Below, piece after piece: positions 21,291 to 46,625 of a DNA stretch of 64,000 bases. Position numbers and translations under genes: made by a program. The notes under the pieces are model-generated. The model ran no database searches and was not told the DNA's origin. It saw only the letters and a list, made by a program, of their open reading frames with translations. This DNA is from the human T2T-CHM13v2.0 reference genome, Homo sapiens, in assembly GCF_009914755.1 (NCBI RefSeq), contig NC_060934.1; one strand, given 5' to 3'. Every line of letters begins with the position of its first letter. The first letter of the stretch is position 1.

Positions 21291-22398
21291 CTCTCCTTGA
21301 TCCTGGTTTGACATTTCTATTTTACTGAGTGTGAGGTTTAGTCTTTTGTCTCAACACTGCCTCAGAGCCTGTTGGGCAATAGAAAAGAAATGTGTTTAAA
21401 CATATATATGGCTTTAAACCCAGTGCTTCTGTGGTGTTGTGCATAACAACTGGTGTCCCCTTTTTTGCCATTAAAACAGTTTTTTGGCCTGTGTGATCCT
21501 AAGTCTAAAGAATTGTGTTGACAGCATTTGCATATCCAGCATCAAGATTCATTTTGGAAAGTTTTGTACTAACAATGTGCTGTACTAATGTGCTTCTTCC
21601 ATGGGCTGCTCTACAGCTGTTTTTCCCATAGCTAAATTATGTAATCATGTTTCACTATTGGTTTCTTATCTGTTTCTGTTGCAAGGGTCACATAGTAATT
21701 GGTCAAACTCAGTTTTGTGTTTTAATCTTGGTTTTTATTTACATTTTTGAATCTATCTGTATAACTGGTTGCTAATGAGCATCCTTTACACAACTCTGCT
21801 CTCTGTATTCCATGCAAGGAACCTTTCTCTTTTTTTGTGTGTGTTAGTTTTGTAGTTACTTACAAGTCTAAATAAGAGAATAAATTCAGTAAATACCGCT
21901 AGAGGATTATGAGAATTTTAGAAAAACTAGAGCAATGTAGTGTAGGGGAAGGAAAAGCAAAATGAAAGGCTGCCACCTTTGTGTGTGGAAAGCATGTTAG
22001 AGGCTCTCCATTCACCTGACAAAACCGTCCTCACAAAAGATTGGGCCACCAAGTTGTCTATGCTGAGGTGCATTTGAAGAATTTGTAACCAGTTACTGTT
22101 TCATTGTTTTTCTTTTAGCTTTATAACAGTTGCATTCCAGTATTGCAGAGCATGCTATTTACAGCTGCTAGGGACTTAGCCAGCCTCTTTTCTAGCTTTT
22201 TCTTAGTAACAGGTGGGATCACCAGATAATGTTGTTCTTCAAGGAAAGAATGCACTGTACAGTTTTCACCTAAGATATTAGGTAATTTCTTTCTATAACT
22301 CAGCAAATCTCTCCATATTAATATACTGAGAGCTTAATATTAAACACATTTTTTTCTCACCAAATTAAGTGTTGTATTTGCCTTGAATCTAGGAAGTT

Positions 22399-22546
22399 GT
22401 TTTTTTTTTTTTAATTATTTTATACGTATTTGTTAGGGTCTTGCTATGTTGCCCAGGCCTGGTCTTGAACTCCTGGCCTCAAGCAATCCTCCCATCTGAG
22501 CCTTCCAAGGTGCTGGGATTACAGGTGCATGCCACCATGCCTGGCC
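22399..22546 (-). mobile_element. FLAM/Alu monomer
   Basis: Single antisense monomer; TSD gaag.tgttttt. Confidence 0.8.
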
Positions 22547-22751
22547 AGAAGATGTTTTTATTAGTGTTTAAAGGTATGAATGGTGTCACCGGGAGCTGAT
22601 ATATTTGTTTTCATGATGTTGTACATTTATTTTTGTGCAGTAACATACATTAAATGATTGTAATTTTGTGTGTTTTTAGAACACTATTATGAAATATCCA
22701 GATAATACAGAATCAGAGCTGGAAGGCAGGCAGCTTGAGGATTATCTAGTC

Positions 22752-23244
<493 letters not shown>

Positions 23245-24319
23245 GTCTAGTCAGCCCCTTGATTAAGGAAAGTAAACCCTGAGAAAGAGAAAAAACAAAG
23301 TAAATGACCTATTTAGGGCCACCTACCTAGCTAGTAGCATCAACTGAACTAGATCCCATGTCCCTGACTTCTAGATTGGAGTTCTTCCTGCTCCAGCAGG
23401 CTGGTCTTCTGGTCCCAAGTTATTCAGAGATGAAGGTAGCAGCATCATTGAAAAAACAAATAGTGAGTGTTACCGTTGGTTTTTATTGGTCTCGTGATTT
23501 TCCTGTCAATATGTTAGATGCCCTGGATTCAAGCAATTTTTGACAAGCATTTTATTATATAGAAAATAAGTCCAAGTGTGTGAGCTCATTTTTATTTAAT
23601 TTTATGTTTTATTTTTATCTTAGTTTAACTGAGTTTTTTACTTTGTTGTGGTTAGACTAGGAGGGTATTTTAGGAAATGAGTGTTGATACCTAGGTTATT
23701 TGAAGCCTCAGGTAATTAAATATAAGATGTTTTATTTGACTTAGCTTATTTTGGATATCCTTTAATGATTTGTTTTCTCATTGATTATTTCTTCTGTGAG
23801 AGTAATGATGATTGGATTTGGTTAGGACTGTGGGGGTGAAGCTTCCTTGACTTTTCATTTCTGTTCACAGTACATACAGATCTGTAAAATTTCCATGGAA
23901 ATGTTCATCAAAGCATTTGAAGCCCATGTCCTATTCGTGCATTTGTGTACCCTCTGTACCACACACCTCCCAAGTTTTAACAAATAATATAAGTGAAATT
24001 CTCACAGAGAATCATGCTGATTTGTAGAAGTTATTGCGTTACTAGGATCACCGAAGTCTGAGCATAGACATTTAGGTGAGGAGAGACCCTAGTTAAATAC
24101 CAGCCCTGACTAAGTAGGAGCTGGATGAAGCGGGAAAGGAACTTGTCTGCGTTTTCTCTTGGTTTTTATGGGGATTACACACTATCTTTCCTGAAGCATT
24201 CTTAACCATTGTGAGGGGCTGGTTAATTTTAATTATTAGCAAATCTAAACACAATTTAAAATATCATCAACCAAGAAAACCCACAAAACAGACTGAACTG
24301 TTCTGTGGGTTTTCCTGCT

Positions 24320-24796
<477 letters not shown>

Positions 24797-25121
24797 CTGC
24801 TTTTATTTTCAATATAAAATTTTATGTTTACAAGCGTGAGCCACCACACCCAGCCTTACATAAACTTTTAAGAGCAAACCTGTAGAGTGTAATTAGATGC
24901 GTAGTTACTTATAAAGTGGTATATATTTTTCAAATGAGCCCTTTTCTCTAAATATATATATATGTGTGTATGTATATGTTATTGACAGTAAACTTTCAAT
25001 TCATTAAGATTTGCTTGACATATAAAGAGTACTATTAAACTCAAACATGTGGAAGTGGATCACTAGGATTGAATACAGTTTTTTAAAGTATTGTCTTTTC
25101 ATCTCTTTTTGTTTTTCTCAG

Positions 25122-25159
25122 AACACACAAACAAGAAACCCAAATCATACCAACACTGA
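25122..25159 (+). CDS. CNNM2: CNNM2 alternative terminal exon, coding part (552-aa short isoform ending EHTNKKPKSYQH)
   Basis: Strong pyrimidine tract tcttttcatctctttttgtttttctcAG (AG 25120-25121). Joined to the phase-1 G of exon 1 it reads GAA CAC ACA AAC AAG AAA CCC AAA TCA TAC CAA CAC TGA, matching my recollection of the short isoform's C-terminus. Confidence 0.85.
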
Positions 25160-25254
25160 AAAGAAGAGACAATAAGAAGCATTCTTTCTTTCAACATCAC
25201 AGACATTGGCAACTCTAGGATGTCTATACAGAGGGATAAAAAGGGGTGGCAGTT

Positions 25255-25538
25255 GGCTGGGCGTGGTGGCTCATGCCTGTAATCCCGGCACTTTGGGAGG
25301 CCCAGGGAGGTGGATCACTTGAGGTCAGGAGTTCCAGACTGACAGTCTGGCCACCATGGTGAAACCCCGTTTCTAATAAAAATACAGAAAAATTAGCTGT
25401 GCGTGGTGGTGGGTGCTTGAATTCCCAGCTTCTTGGGAGGCTGAGACAGGAGAATCACTTGAACTTAGGTGGCGGAGGTTGCCGTGAGCTGAGATCACGT
25501 CACTGGACGACAAAGTGAGACTCTGTCTCAAAAAAAAA
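25255..25538 (+). mobile_element. AluS in or after the alternative 3'UTR
   Basis: Alu dimer with a short 3' deletion. Confidence 0.92.
25375..25380 (+). terminator. Candidate poly(A) signal for the short isoform, inside an Alu linker
   Basis: AATAAA where Alus normally have ACTAAA, ~215 nt after the stop at 25159. Confidence 0.6.
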
Positions 25539-26013
25539 GGAGGGGGTGGTGGCAGGCTTTCGAAGGAGGAACTAGAGGTTTGTGGTCTAGCTTAGATGTT
25601 GATGGATAATGGGGATGCCAAACCCTCTCCCTGTGTTACATTAGTGCTATGACTGAACATAAACACTGCTGTAATGGACGGTGAGATCTTCGTGTCATCC
25701 TATTTAACCCTCCCTTGCTGTCATTCGGAGGTGGGAGTGCTTCTTTTTGAATTCACATGCTGTGGGGAGGATAGCATCTGTTAATGCAAAGGTTAAGAAC
25801 AATGTGCTCTTCCTGGATCTGTTTTGGACAAGTAACTTATCCTCTTTAACCCTAAGTTTTTTTCAAAGTAAAATGGGGATATTTTCTAACTCATATGGTA
25901 CTTAGTAAGAATTATTGTACTAATAAATATATAAATGTTTCTAACAGTACCTGGCACTTTGTGCTTAACCAGTATTTTTATTATAACAATTCTTTCTGTA
26001 GGCTCTTGGTTGT

Positions 26014-26647
<634 letters not shown>

Positions 26648-26754
26648 ATTGTTCTTGGTCATTCTCTTGACTGGAGCCTGATAGTCAAGAGAGACATTTT
26701 AGCGTGTGTCCTTATAATTATTATTGGTGTTGAAATCTAAAAGTGGCTAGGCTC

Positions 26755-27240
<486 letters not shown>

Positions 27241-28309
27241 TGACTAGTTATTGTAGGTTTTTTCTTTTCCTTTTTGTTGTGATTGAATCCTAAGCTTTGT
27301 TATTTTCCTAGCAGTTGACAAGGTGACTACATGCATATATATTTTTAAGGAAAACAGAACAATTTATTATAGGTTCTACTTTCCTTAGAGTAAGAATACT
27401 GTGTTTTAAAATAATTCTTCATTCTCTTTAATCATAAACAACTGAAAAAGACAACAAGTCTTTTGAGTTGTTTATCCGCTCATCCGTTGATAGACATTTA
27501 GACAGTTTCCACTTTTTGGCCATTATGATTGGTTATTATGAATAATGCTGCTGTGAACATTGGCATGCATTTTAAAAGCAAGTGCTTGTGGATTTTGGAA
27601 GCCCTTGAATAACCAAAGACTTTTAAGACTAAAGGAAGATCAAAAAAGATAAAATATTTTAACACTGATTGCATAAAAAGTATAAAAAATGGTAATGCCT
27701 AATATAGCAAGTTTGTATTGCTTATAGCAGTGTAAATTTATAATGATTTTGGAAGGCAACTGGGTGTCATAAAAATGATTTAGTATTTTTTTCCCCTGGA
27801 AATCTTAATTCAGTGATCCAAGAGAAGAAAAGAGCTATGTTAGCTTTTTATGTTGTATGTGTGTTGCAGCGTTATCTAGAAACAGTGAAAAATTGGAAGT
27901 AAATATCTAACACTTCAAGGCAAGGAGTGGAGGAGAAAGAGTTAAGAAAATTATAAATGTGAACTATTTCCAACCATTCAGTGATAATCTTGAAAGCCAC
28001 ATAGCAATATGGGAAAATTTGCACTGATTATTTGCACGGAATATAGACATGCAAAAAAATATATATATGTATACACTGGAAGGTAACGTGGAAAAAATGA
28101 AAATAGTTGATGTATTAGGGTGGGGTGATCATAGCCAGTCTTTGTGAAAATCTCCTTGTTAACTTTGTACATGATATACCTGGAAAAAATTCAAATCTGC
28201 TAAGAACATTATGAATCCTGATCTTGTGAAAACTAACCATTGCTCGTATTAAGGAACTCATTCCATTTCTCTTGAGGAACATTTTACTGCTGAAACAGTT
28301 GGTTCTTTT

Positions 28310-31280
<2,971 letters not shown>

Positions 31281-31613
31281 AAATGGTTCTTAAGATAGAA
31301 AAATGCTTTTAAAAAACATGAGTTTGTTGAGGTTATCTTACATTTACTTCTTTAATTTGCTTGTAGTGGATTTTGTTTTTTTAAAAAATGTAGGGATTTT
31401 TACTTGCCACTTTTATATGTAGATATTGAAATATCCACAATTGGTTATTGACAGTCATTTAGGAAATTTGATAGGAAAGACTAAATTTTTTTTTAAGACA
31501 GGGTCTCATTAGCACATAAATACGTATTAACTGTCTGACACAAAATCAAGTATTAGTCCAGGAAGAAACGGATATGGAATTGGGAAGATATACACCATCA
31601 GGCACTTCTGTGT

Positions 31614-33692
<2,079 letters not shown>

Positions 33693-33702
33693 TAGCACTA
33701 TA

Positions 33703-34327
33703 ATCCTTGAGGTTTTTGGGTTCCAGGTGACCAGAAGAGACAAAATGAAACTCTATGGTGTTTTTTTTTGTTTGTTTTTTTGGTTTTTTTTTTGGTGCTG
33801 TGGGGGTAGGGGGCTGGTAATCTGAGAGGGAGAATGTTTTCCCATGCTAGCAAAGACAGATTGAGGGCATCATCTGATCTTTATGGGAGTGTGCAAAGCC
33901 TCAGTTTTTCCATTTGCCCATCTGCAATCATAGAAACAATGTGCTGACTCAACTCGGAGCCTCTGCGGAGTGGCGTTTGGGTTTAGACAGTCCTCAGAAT
34001 CATTCAAGAGATGGAAATATTTGAGCAGGTCTTCAGAGGTAAAATTAAAACTAAAAACAACTAGAACAAGATAGCATGCTTTCTTATCTCTTTCAAGATT
34101 ATTTCCTTTAGTCACTAGTGTACCTCCTTGATGTAAGGTTTGGCAGGAATAATTTCATCTCTGTAGAGTTGATAACTAAGCAGAGAAAAAACCCTACCTT
34201 TTAGTCATTGCTTTTCATCTTGCTATCATCAGTCTGATCCTTGAGGGTTTGGGGTTCCAGGTAAACAGAAGAGACAAAATGAAACTCTTTGCTTTTTTTT
34301 TTTTTTTTGGTGCAATGGGGGTGGGGG
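33703..34327 (+). repeat. Dispersed ~100-bp direct repeat (33703-33813 and 34237-34327)
   Basis: atccttgagg.ttt.gggttccaggt.a.cagaagagacaaaatgaaactct.tg..(T-run)ggtgc..tgggggt.gggg occurs twice. Confidence 0.85.
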
Positions 34328-35041
34328 AGATTGGGTGTGGAGAGGGGTGAGATTCTGCTGGAAACAAGTCAATTGGCTAAAATACTCTTTTAATCATATT
34401 TTGTGGACCATCTTCTGCTTAGTTTTGCTCTTTTATGTTTTTATTTGCTTGTTCATATATACATACATTAACCTGCAACAACTAGAAGAACATTTACCAA
34501 AATATTAACCAACAGTGACTATCTTTTGATGTGGTGGGTTTAGGGGAGGAAGTATGTTTTTCTGTGTTGCTCCAAGTTTTTCTGTTTAAAGCATGTATTT
34601 TGTAATGTTTGGGGGAAACCAAATCCATCAAAATAAAGTGCAAGTTTTGTAACCTGAACCACTCATTGAGGTACAGAATTGAAATGTATTTAGATGAAAC
34701 TCACAGGTATTTTTTCTTGGAGAATGTGGAATATTTTATCTATAGTGCAGCTGTGCTGTCATTTATGCCATTTTTTCCTCCTCATTGTGATTCTTACTGT
34801 TTGGGGTGAAAGATGAGTAGTATTTTAAAGCCCGTAATGTGTGTGAGTACACACGTGACATCTTAGTAAGATTCATTTTGTGTGAGAAATAAGGGAATTT
34901 AGGCTTTTGGGTTACATTTGTTTTCAAAACATGTTAATAGGTGACAAAAATCCAGTTTGTTTAGATTTGTATGTAGTCTGCCTGGAATGAAACTTTTTTA
35001 TACTTACATGATAGCCCTGATTAAATAAAAGTTTGGTGAAA

Positions 35042-36420
<1,379 letters not shown>

Positions 36421-37456
36421 ACAACGCCTCTACTCCTTTAGCCAACTTTCTAAAAAAATTAAACATTTTAGGGAGAGAAATCGATGTTTCCTTTACTTAC
36501 AGATGGCATTGCTCTTAAATAGTCCTATGCCTATTAGACAGTTAAATTTAATTTTTACTGAGTTCCTTGATATTAAAAATATACCAGCGTTTTGACCTGA
36601 TTACTGTAGAGTGAAGATCATCAGTTGACACAGAACTTCCAGCCAGCATTTTAATGCTTTCCTCTGAAATATGAATGGACAGCGATAGATCTCTGAATAT
36701 TTGAGGAGAGCCTCTAATAGGAGTTATGGAGACTAAAATAAACAAGCAGACAAAGGCCCTTAGTTGATTTAAGCTGATTTATCTCACATTACCTAAATAT
36801 CCAAAAAGTCAGCAGTTATTACTTTATCTGTGACCTCCCAAAGCCACTTACCAAACCAGGTATGAGTAGCAAATTCGAAGATTTGTTGCCTTTTTCAGAC
36901 ATGGTGTAGGTAGGATCTTTCCTGTATTCATTCAACCTGCCTAGTTGTTTGAGGATCCCAGCCAGGTTGAAGGTTGTAAATATTTCCTTAAGGCTTACTT
37001 AGCTTCAGTGCAGGATCAGAGGCTAATTTCTGGCAGAGTTCTATGTCTTAGGGGATCATTAGCTGTCTATTTTTCCTTTCTCTTTTTACTGCAAGATTTC
37101 TTCAAGAATAGCTAGTTACTTCCTTTTCCTTGCCATCTTTAATCCTCTACAATCTTGTTTCAAACAGTTACAACCCATGACTTCTTTTATTGCCACATCT
37201 ACATCTTGGTTGTTACCTTTCCTCTCTTGCTTGGCCCCTTTACTGTTTTTAGCTGTAGGTGAGGACCACTCTTCAGGTTGGCTCCTGCTGTTTCTCTGAC
37301 TGCTTCCTTTTTCTTTTTAGGTTCTTGATTTTCCCTTCCATTTCTAATTGAGCAGTCCCCAAGATTTTGTCCTTATGTCTCCTTCCATGTTCTTTTTCCA
37401 TCTTGAGAAGACTTTCTTTGACTCATCTTTAATCCATAAGCATGTATTTAGCATCA

Positions 37457-39710
<2,254 letters not shown>

Positions 39711-39929
39711 ATTGTTGAGAATGTGTTGTGATACTAGTACTCTTTTATGCTACTGATGGTAGTGTTAATTTGTATAATCTTCCTAGGAAGCCATTTGGCT
39801 CTATATTTAAGAACCTGATACTTTTTGTATATCTTTTCACCTAGTAGCTCCACTTCCAGAATGTGATCTTAGGAACTAATCAGAAATACATGTAAAACTT
39901 AAAACACAGAGGTGCTCATTTAAATTTCT

Positions 39930-40506
39930 ATTTATTTTTAAACATTTCTGTAAAATATAACATAAAAATTACCATTTTAACCATCTCAAGTATACGATTC
40001 AGTAGTATTAAGTACATTCACATGGTGTGCCACCATTCCAGAACGCTTTTCATCTTGCAAAACTGAATCTCTATACCTATTAAACAAAACTTCCTATTCC
40101 CCAATTCCCAGCCCATGGCAACCAATGTTCTACTTTCTGTCTCTATGATTGTGACTTCTCCAGGTACCTCATATAAATGGAATTATATGGTATTTATCTT
40201 TTTGTGACTGACTTATTTTACTTTATGTAATGTTCTCAAGGTTCATCCATGTTGTAGCATGTGTCAGAAATTCCTTCTTTCTTAAGGCTGAATTATGTTC
40301 CGTTGTGTATATGTGCCACATTTTGTTTATCCATTCGTCTGTTGATGGACATTTGAGTTGCCTTTTGGCTATTGTGAATAATGCTGCTATGAACATGGGT
40401 GTGAAAACATCTGTTGGAGTCCCTGCTTTGAGTTCTTTTGGATATATAACCAGAAGTGGAATTGCTAGGTCATATAGTAATTCTATTCTTAATTTTTTGA
40501 GAAACT
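39930..40506 (-). mobile_element. L1MB-like 3' fragment
   Basis: aaggttcatccatgttgtagcatgtgtcagaa...gaataatgctgctatgaacatggg. Confidence 0.85.
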
Positions 40507-40650
40507 AAATAGTTTTTAAAAATAGCAAAACATTATAACAGTCTAAAAGTCCAGCATTGAAGAATAGTTAACCAAGTCTAGCTATATACATATGATGTTG
40601 CCAGTAGAGTTACATTTATAAAGTTTTTAATAACATGGGGGAGATTATTA

Positions 40651-41237
<587 letters not shown>

Positions 41238-41858
41238 TTACATACAAAACTGGTAGGAGATACACTGAAATGTTAATAAAAATGAGGTGATATCTATATG
41301 CATCTAATTTTCTTCTGTACTTTCTAAATTGAGCAGGCATTACTTTTATTATTTAGGAAAAAAACGCACAAAAAAAGTCAAGAGTACTCATTACCAACTA
41401 CTACTGTATGGAATCCAGAGCCTTCCAGAGTTTGTAGAGCTCTTCATACTCTGGCTCTAGCCCTTGTTTTTATTTTCTGTCTAAAATGGCTAATCTCATA
41501 ACTGCATGTCATATATGTGTATAATATATGTATATTCATATGTATGTCTGTATGTCTGTGTGTTGTATATATATGTGTTTATGTCTGTACACATTGTCTG
41601 TAGTTAACACACCTCTGCTCATGTTCTCATCCTAAAGAGTACTTAGTTCTGTTCGTCTAAAACTCTGCTCAGCCTTTAATACCTAGTTACAATTCCATTG
41701 TTTTCTTGAAATCTATGCTGACTTCTGAACTTCTATACCCCTTATACCTAAGGGATCCGTAAGTTTACATATATGTAAGATTGGCAGAAAATTAACCTAC
41801 AATTAAAACCTCACATTTCTTAATTCTCTTTAATCTTTAAGTTGCTACTTTCATAATT

Positions 41859-42152
41859 CTTTTTTTTTTTTTTTTTGAGATGGAGTCTTGCTTTGTCGCC
41901 CAGGCAAGACTGGTGCGATCTCGGCTCACTGCAGTCTCCGCCTCCTGGGTTCAAGCAATTCTCCTGTCTCAGCCCCCCGAGTAGCTAGGATTACAGGCAC
42001 CCACCACCACGCCCAGCTAGTTTTTGTATTTTTAATAAAGATGGGGTTTCACCATATTGGCCAGGCTGGCCTCGAACTCCTGAATTCAGGTGATCGCCTG
42101 CCTTGACCTCCCAAAGTGCTGGGATTACAGGCGTGAGCCATCGTGCCTGGCC
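41859..42152 (-). mobile_element. AluS
   Basis: Antisense dimer; TSD ctttc.taa.tctt. Confidence 0.9.
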
Positions 42153-42354
42153 TGCTTTCGTAACTCTTATAGTACCTGTCTGGAAAATGCCCTGGCTTTT
42201 CTCTGCTTATCTAATTCTCATTCATCCTACTCCCCTGCAATTTTTTATTTTGAAAATAATTCCAGCACAGAAAAGTTTAATTGGTACAATGAATTCCCTT
42301 ATACTCTTCATCTACATTCACCAGTTGTTAATATTTTGCCATATTTGTATCTTT

Positions 42355-42356
<2 letters not shown>

Positions 42357-42400
<44 letters not shown>
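42357..42400. repeat. (GT)n microsatellite, ~22 units, in an L1MC-like relic
   Basis: Perfect GT run. Confidence 0.97.
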
Positions 42401-42402
<2 letters not shown>

Positions 42403-45254
42403 ATCTTTTCTTCCTGGACCATTGGTCATTTGAAAGTAGGTTGCAGACATCATGATACTTCACTCCTAAACACTTCAGCATGTATCTCTTAAGTATGTTC
42501 TCCCAAATAAGCACAGTACCATGATCACACCCACGAAATTTAATGTCAGTACAAACATATTATCTAATATTCAGTCCACATTCATTCACTTGGCATGTCT
42601 CTTTGATGTCCTTTTATCCAGAATAGCTCCTTTGCCTTTTTTTCTTTCATGACATTGACATTTTTGGAGTCCGGGCTAGTTGTAGAATGTTCTGCAATCT
42701 GGATTTATCTTATCTTCTCATAATTAGAAGCAGGGTTAAATATGGTTTTGTTTTGTTTTTTGTTTTTTTTTTTGGCAAGAATACCACATAGTAAAAAGTA
42801 CCTTCTTCCCTTAATAATTAACAAGGAATCTATGAGGTGATATTTTTAGATTGTGTACATATCCTGTATCCCCCACAAACTCACCCAAGGATTTTGGCAT
42901 CTCACTCCTCCCTTTAAAAAGTATGACTCTGCAAAGCCTTCTTTGTCCATCCTTGTCTATAGTAACCTGTTTCTTTTCCCATTCAAGCATCGAAATAGGC
43001 GTTTAAATAAGAAGGGGAAGAAGTGAATGTAGTTCAAAGCACCTTATTTTCCAGAGGAGTGTTTAGTGTTTTGCCCAAGAGCAACTGTGTAGTTGGTAAC
43101 AACTGTTTTAGGACTAGAACCTGGGTTTCCTGATTCTTATCTAGTGCTATTTCCAGCTGCCTCTTAGTGACCCCTAACCAATAAGACAAAACAAATACAG
43201 TATAATCTCAAATAGAGTATAACTTTTTTGCAAGTAGAAAGAAAGCATATATTATGTTTTCTTTTGCGTACATTCCTTTATTCATTTATTCAAAAGAGGC
43301 AGATCAGCCTCCTCTCCTGCTCCCCCCACTCCATCCCCCTGCGCCCCACAGTGTCCTTTACCCTCCAGCCACACTGAAGCAGAGCTCCAGGCTCTCTCCT
43401 CTCTCTGCCTGCTTCTGTGCTTCCCTTTGGCTTGTTCCATTCTCCCTTCCCTTGTTGTTTTCTCCTAAGCATTACATGAGCTTAGCTAGTTGCTCAGAGG
43501 AGGCCTTTACCTACCTGCAGGCTATGTTAGGTACCCTCTTCTGTGTTATTGTAAGACTCTATGTATCCATGTTTATCTTTTCTTTTTTTCCCTTTGGGTA
43601 ATTGTTGTTTACAATTTCTTCTCGCAGGATGATGAGCTCCTTGAGGTCAGGAATTTTGTTTAGTTTGCCTTGGGCCTGCCACTTGGAGGTGCTCAGTCGA
43701 TATTTGCTTTACCTGTAAAGCTACTTCATCTCTGTGGTCATTGATTACTTTACCATAAAGGCAGGGTTGAGACTCAGACCTCCACGTCTCTCCAGTTTTG
43801 ACAGCTTCCATAAATATTTGATCTATAATGTGCAAGGCAGTGTGGAAAATGCAAAGCCATTTTACGTGTTGAGCAAGTCCTTCAGGAACATGGGGGAAAG
43901 TCCTGGCTGTAGTTATAAAAAGACAGAATGAGTTCATTGGTGCTGCAGGGAATGTTACAAAGTGCTTTAGCAATGGGAAGATGAAGGTGTTCTTAGGGCA
44001 GTCTCAAAGGAGGCCAGAGGCTGGGGGAGGGTCAGAACATTTTAGTTGCAGGGACCAATACTGGGAAAGGCACAGAGGCAGAAAGGTTGTGTTTGGGAGA
44101 ATTGTGAGCAGTTGATTTGACTGGCTCTTAGGATTCTTTGCCCTACATTTAATGTACATATTGATTATTCTTGTGATATATTGATTGTTGTCCGGAATCT
44201 TTTCCATTTTGCTTTTAGGGATACCTAAAAGCAATTAGTGATACTAATTGAACTTGTATATTGACAGAAAAGTCTCTCACGGGGGTAATTTCTATCATGC
44301 AGGACTTTTTTAAAGCACTTGTGCTAGCTGTTGTTTGAATCAAAGTATTGTTTTTTTAAAGATCTATTCTTCCCTGCTTGTGCAACTCCTTTGAGCCCAA
44401 ATTCTTCACTCCTAGGTTAAACAGGGTAAGCTTCAGGGGAAGTACATTAATAATTGAACACCCGTGAGGTGTTACTGCTTCTGTTCTGCACTTTTAGTGT
44501 TTTCTGTAGCCTGAAAGAGTTACTTCACTATTTTGATTTGCAACCGGGATAGAACTTGAAGCACCGTTAAGAAAGGATTGGAGACTTTGTCATGGTACTT
44601 ATTTTCCAGATGTTTACTTTTTAAATAAGGAAAAACTACAACATGTTAATAACCAACTTGGAAAAAACAATATTGTGATCTGAGAAAGAACAAAACACAT
44701 GCCATACTTAATATGTTAGTATCCATTTTTTCCCCTTCAAATACAATTCTGCATGTATCTGAGTAGCTCTTCACCAAATGCCAGAACTTTTTACTCAGAG
44801 TAAATGTTGATGAGATAGGACATGTGAACCATTGAAGAACTGATTTTTTTTCTCATAAATACTAACTTACTCTGAACTAGTTTATAGTTACTAACCCCAC
44901 TGCCATAAATTCTCCAGTCATATGTTTTGTAATCCCTTCCCTGGCATACATTTTAATCATTTTCCTACTGCTTCATAGGTACTATAATCCTTTTATAGTT
45001 CCCTGGGTTTTAAAATAACCCTATAAAGGGTTCAGTTTTATATTTAATAGTCATGTTTCACACTGTTCTAAAGCTGTGAATAAGTTCAGGCAAGCAGAAG
45101 TTTCTAATTTGAAACGACTTTGTTTCTGTTTTAGAAAGATGTATGCGTCTTCTAGTGTTTTTCATTGTGATGATGTTATATATTGGCTAGAATTTTAAAA
45201 ATATTTGGAAATACTTATAAAGTGAAGAAAAATGAAGAAAAAAAACCACTGACT

Positions 45255-45912
<658 letters not shown>

Positions 45913-45954
45913 TCAAAAGATCACTTCTTTCTTGAAACATACATTGTATGTCTT

Positions 45955-46625
45955 TTGGTGAACAAGATTGTTGTTGTCTTCCTGGTGCTGACAGTTTGGT
46001 GGGGGAGATAGACATGAAGCAAATCATCACACGAATAAACTCATCTGCATGTGCTGTGGGGGAGAAGTACTTAGTGCCCTGAGAATATTGGCAGGTGGGA
46101 CGGGAGGGAAGAAAGTAGCTTTTGGGTGACTTGAGATCTGACAGATAAGTAGGCGTCAACTAGAGGAAATTTGGGTGTGGAAAAGAGACTATTGCAGGGA
46201 GACATGATAAGGTGGGAGGTAACATTGTACACTCAAGGAGCTGAAAGATGATTAGTGTGGCTGGAACACAAATAATTTGTGTGTGTGCATGTTGAGGGGT
46301 AGGTTGGGTGGTACAAGATGCTATTGGCGAAGTCAGCAGAAGCAAGCAGGGACTCCAGCAGGCAGACCTTGCAGGCCACACTAAGGGTTCCAGGATTTCT
46401 TCTAAGAGCAACAATATGTCCTTGAAGTATTGGGGGTACATGAGCATGACATTATTAGAGTTGCATTTTCAAAAGGTCTTCTGTGTGGAAAATCTTTTGA
46501 TGAGGAGAGAGAAAAGATGTGGAGAGACAGAGACTGGCATTTGGAGGCCTTTGCAGAAGTCTGGTAAGAAATGATGACAGCTGGGTGGTTGGGATGGGGA
46601 GAGGATGATTGATTTGAAGATGCCA
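45955..46625 (-). mobile_element. L2 fragment
   Basis: Degenerate antisense L2 purine-rich sequence. Confidence 0.6.
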
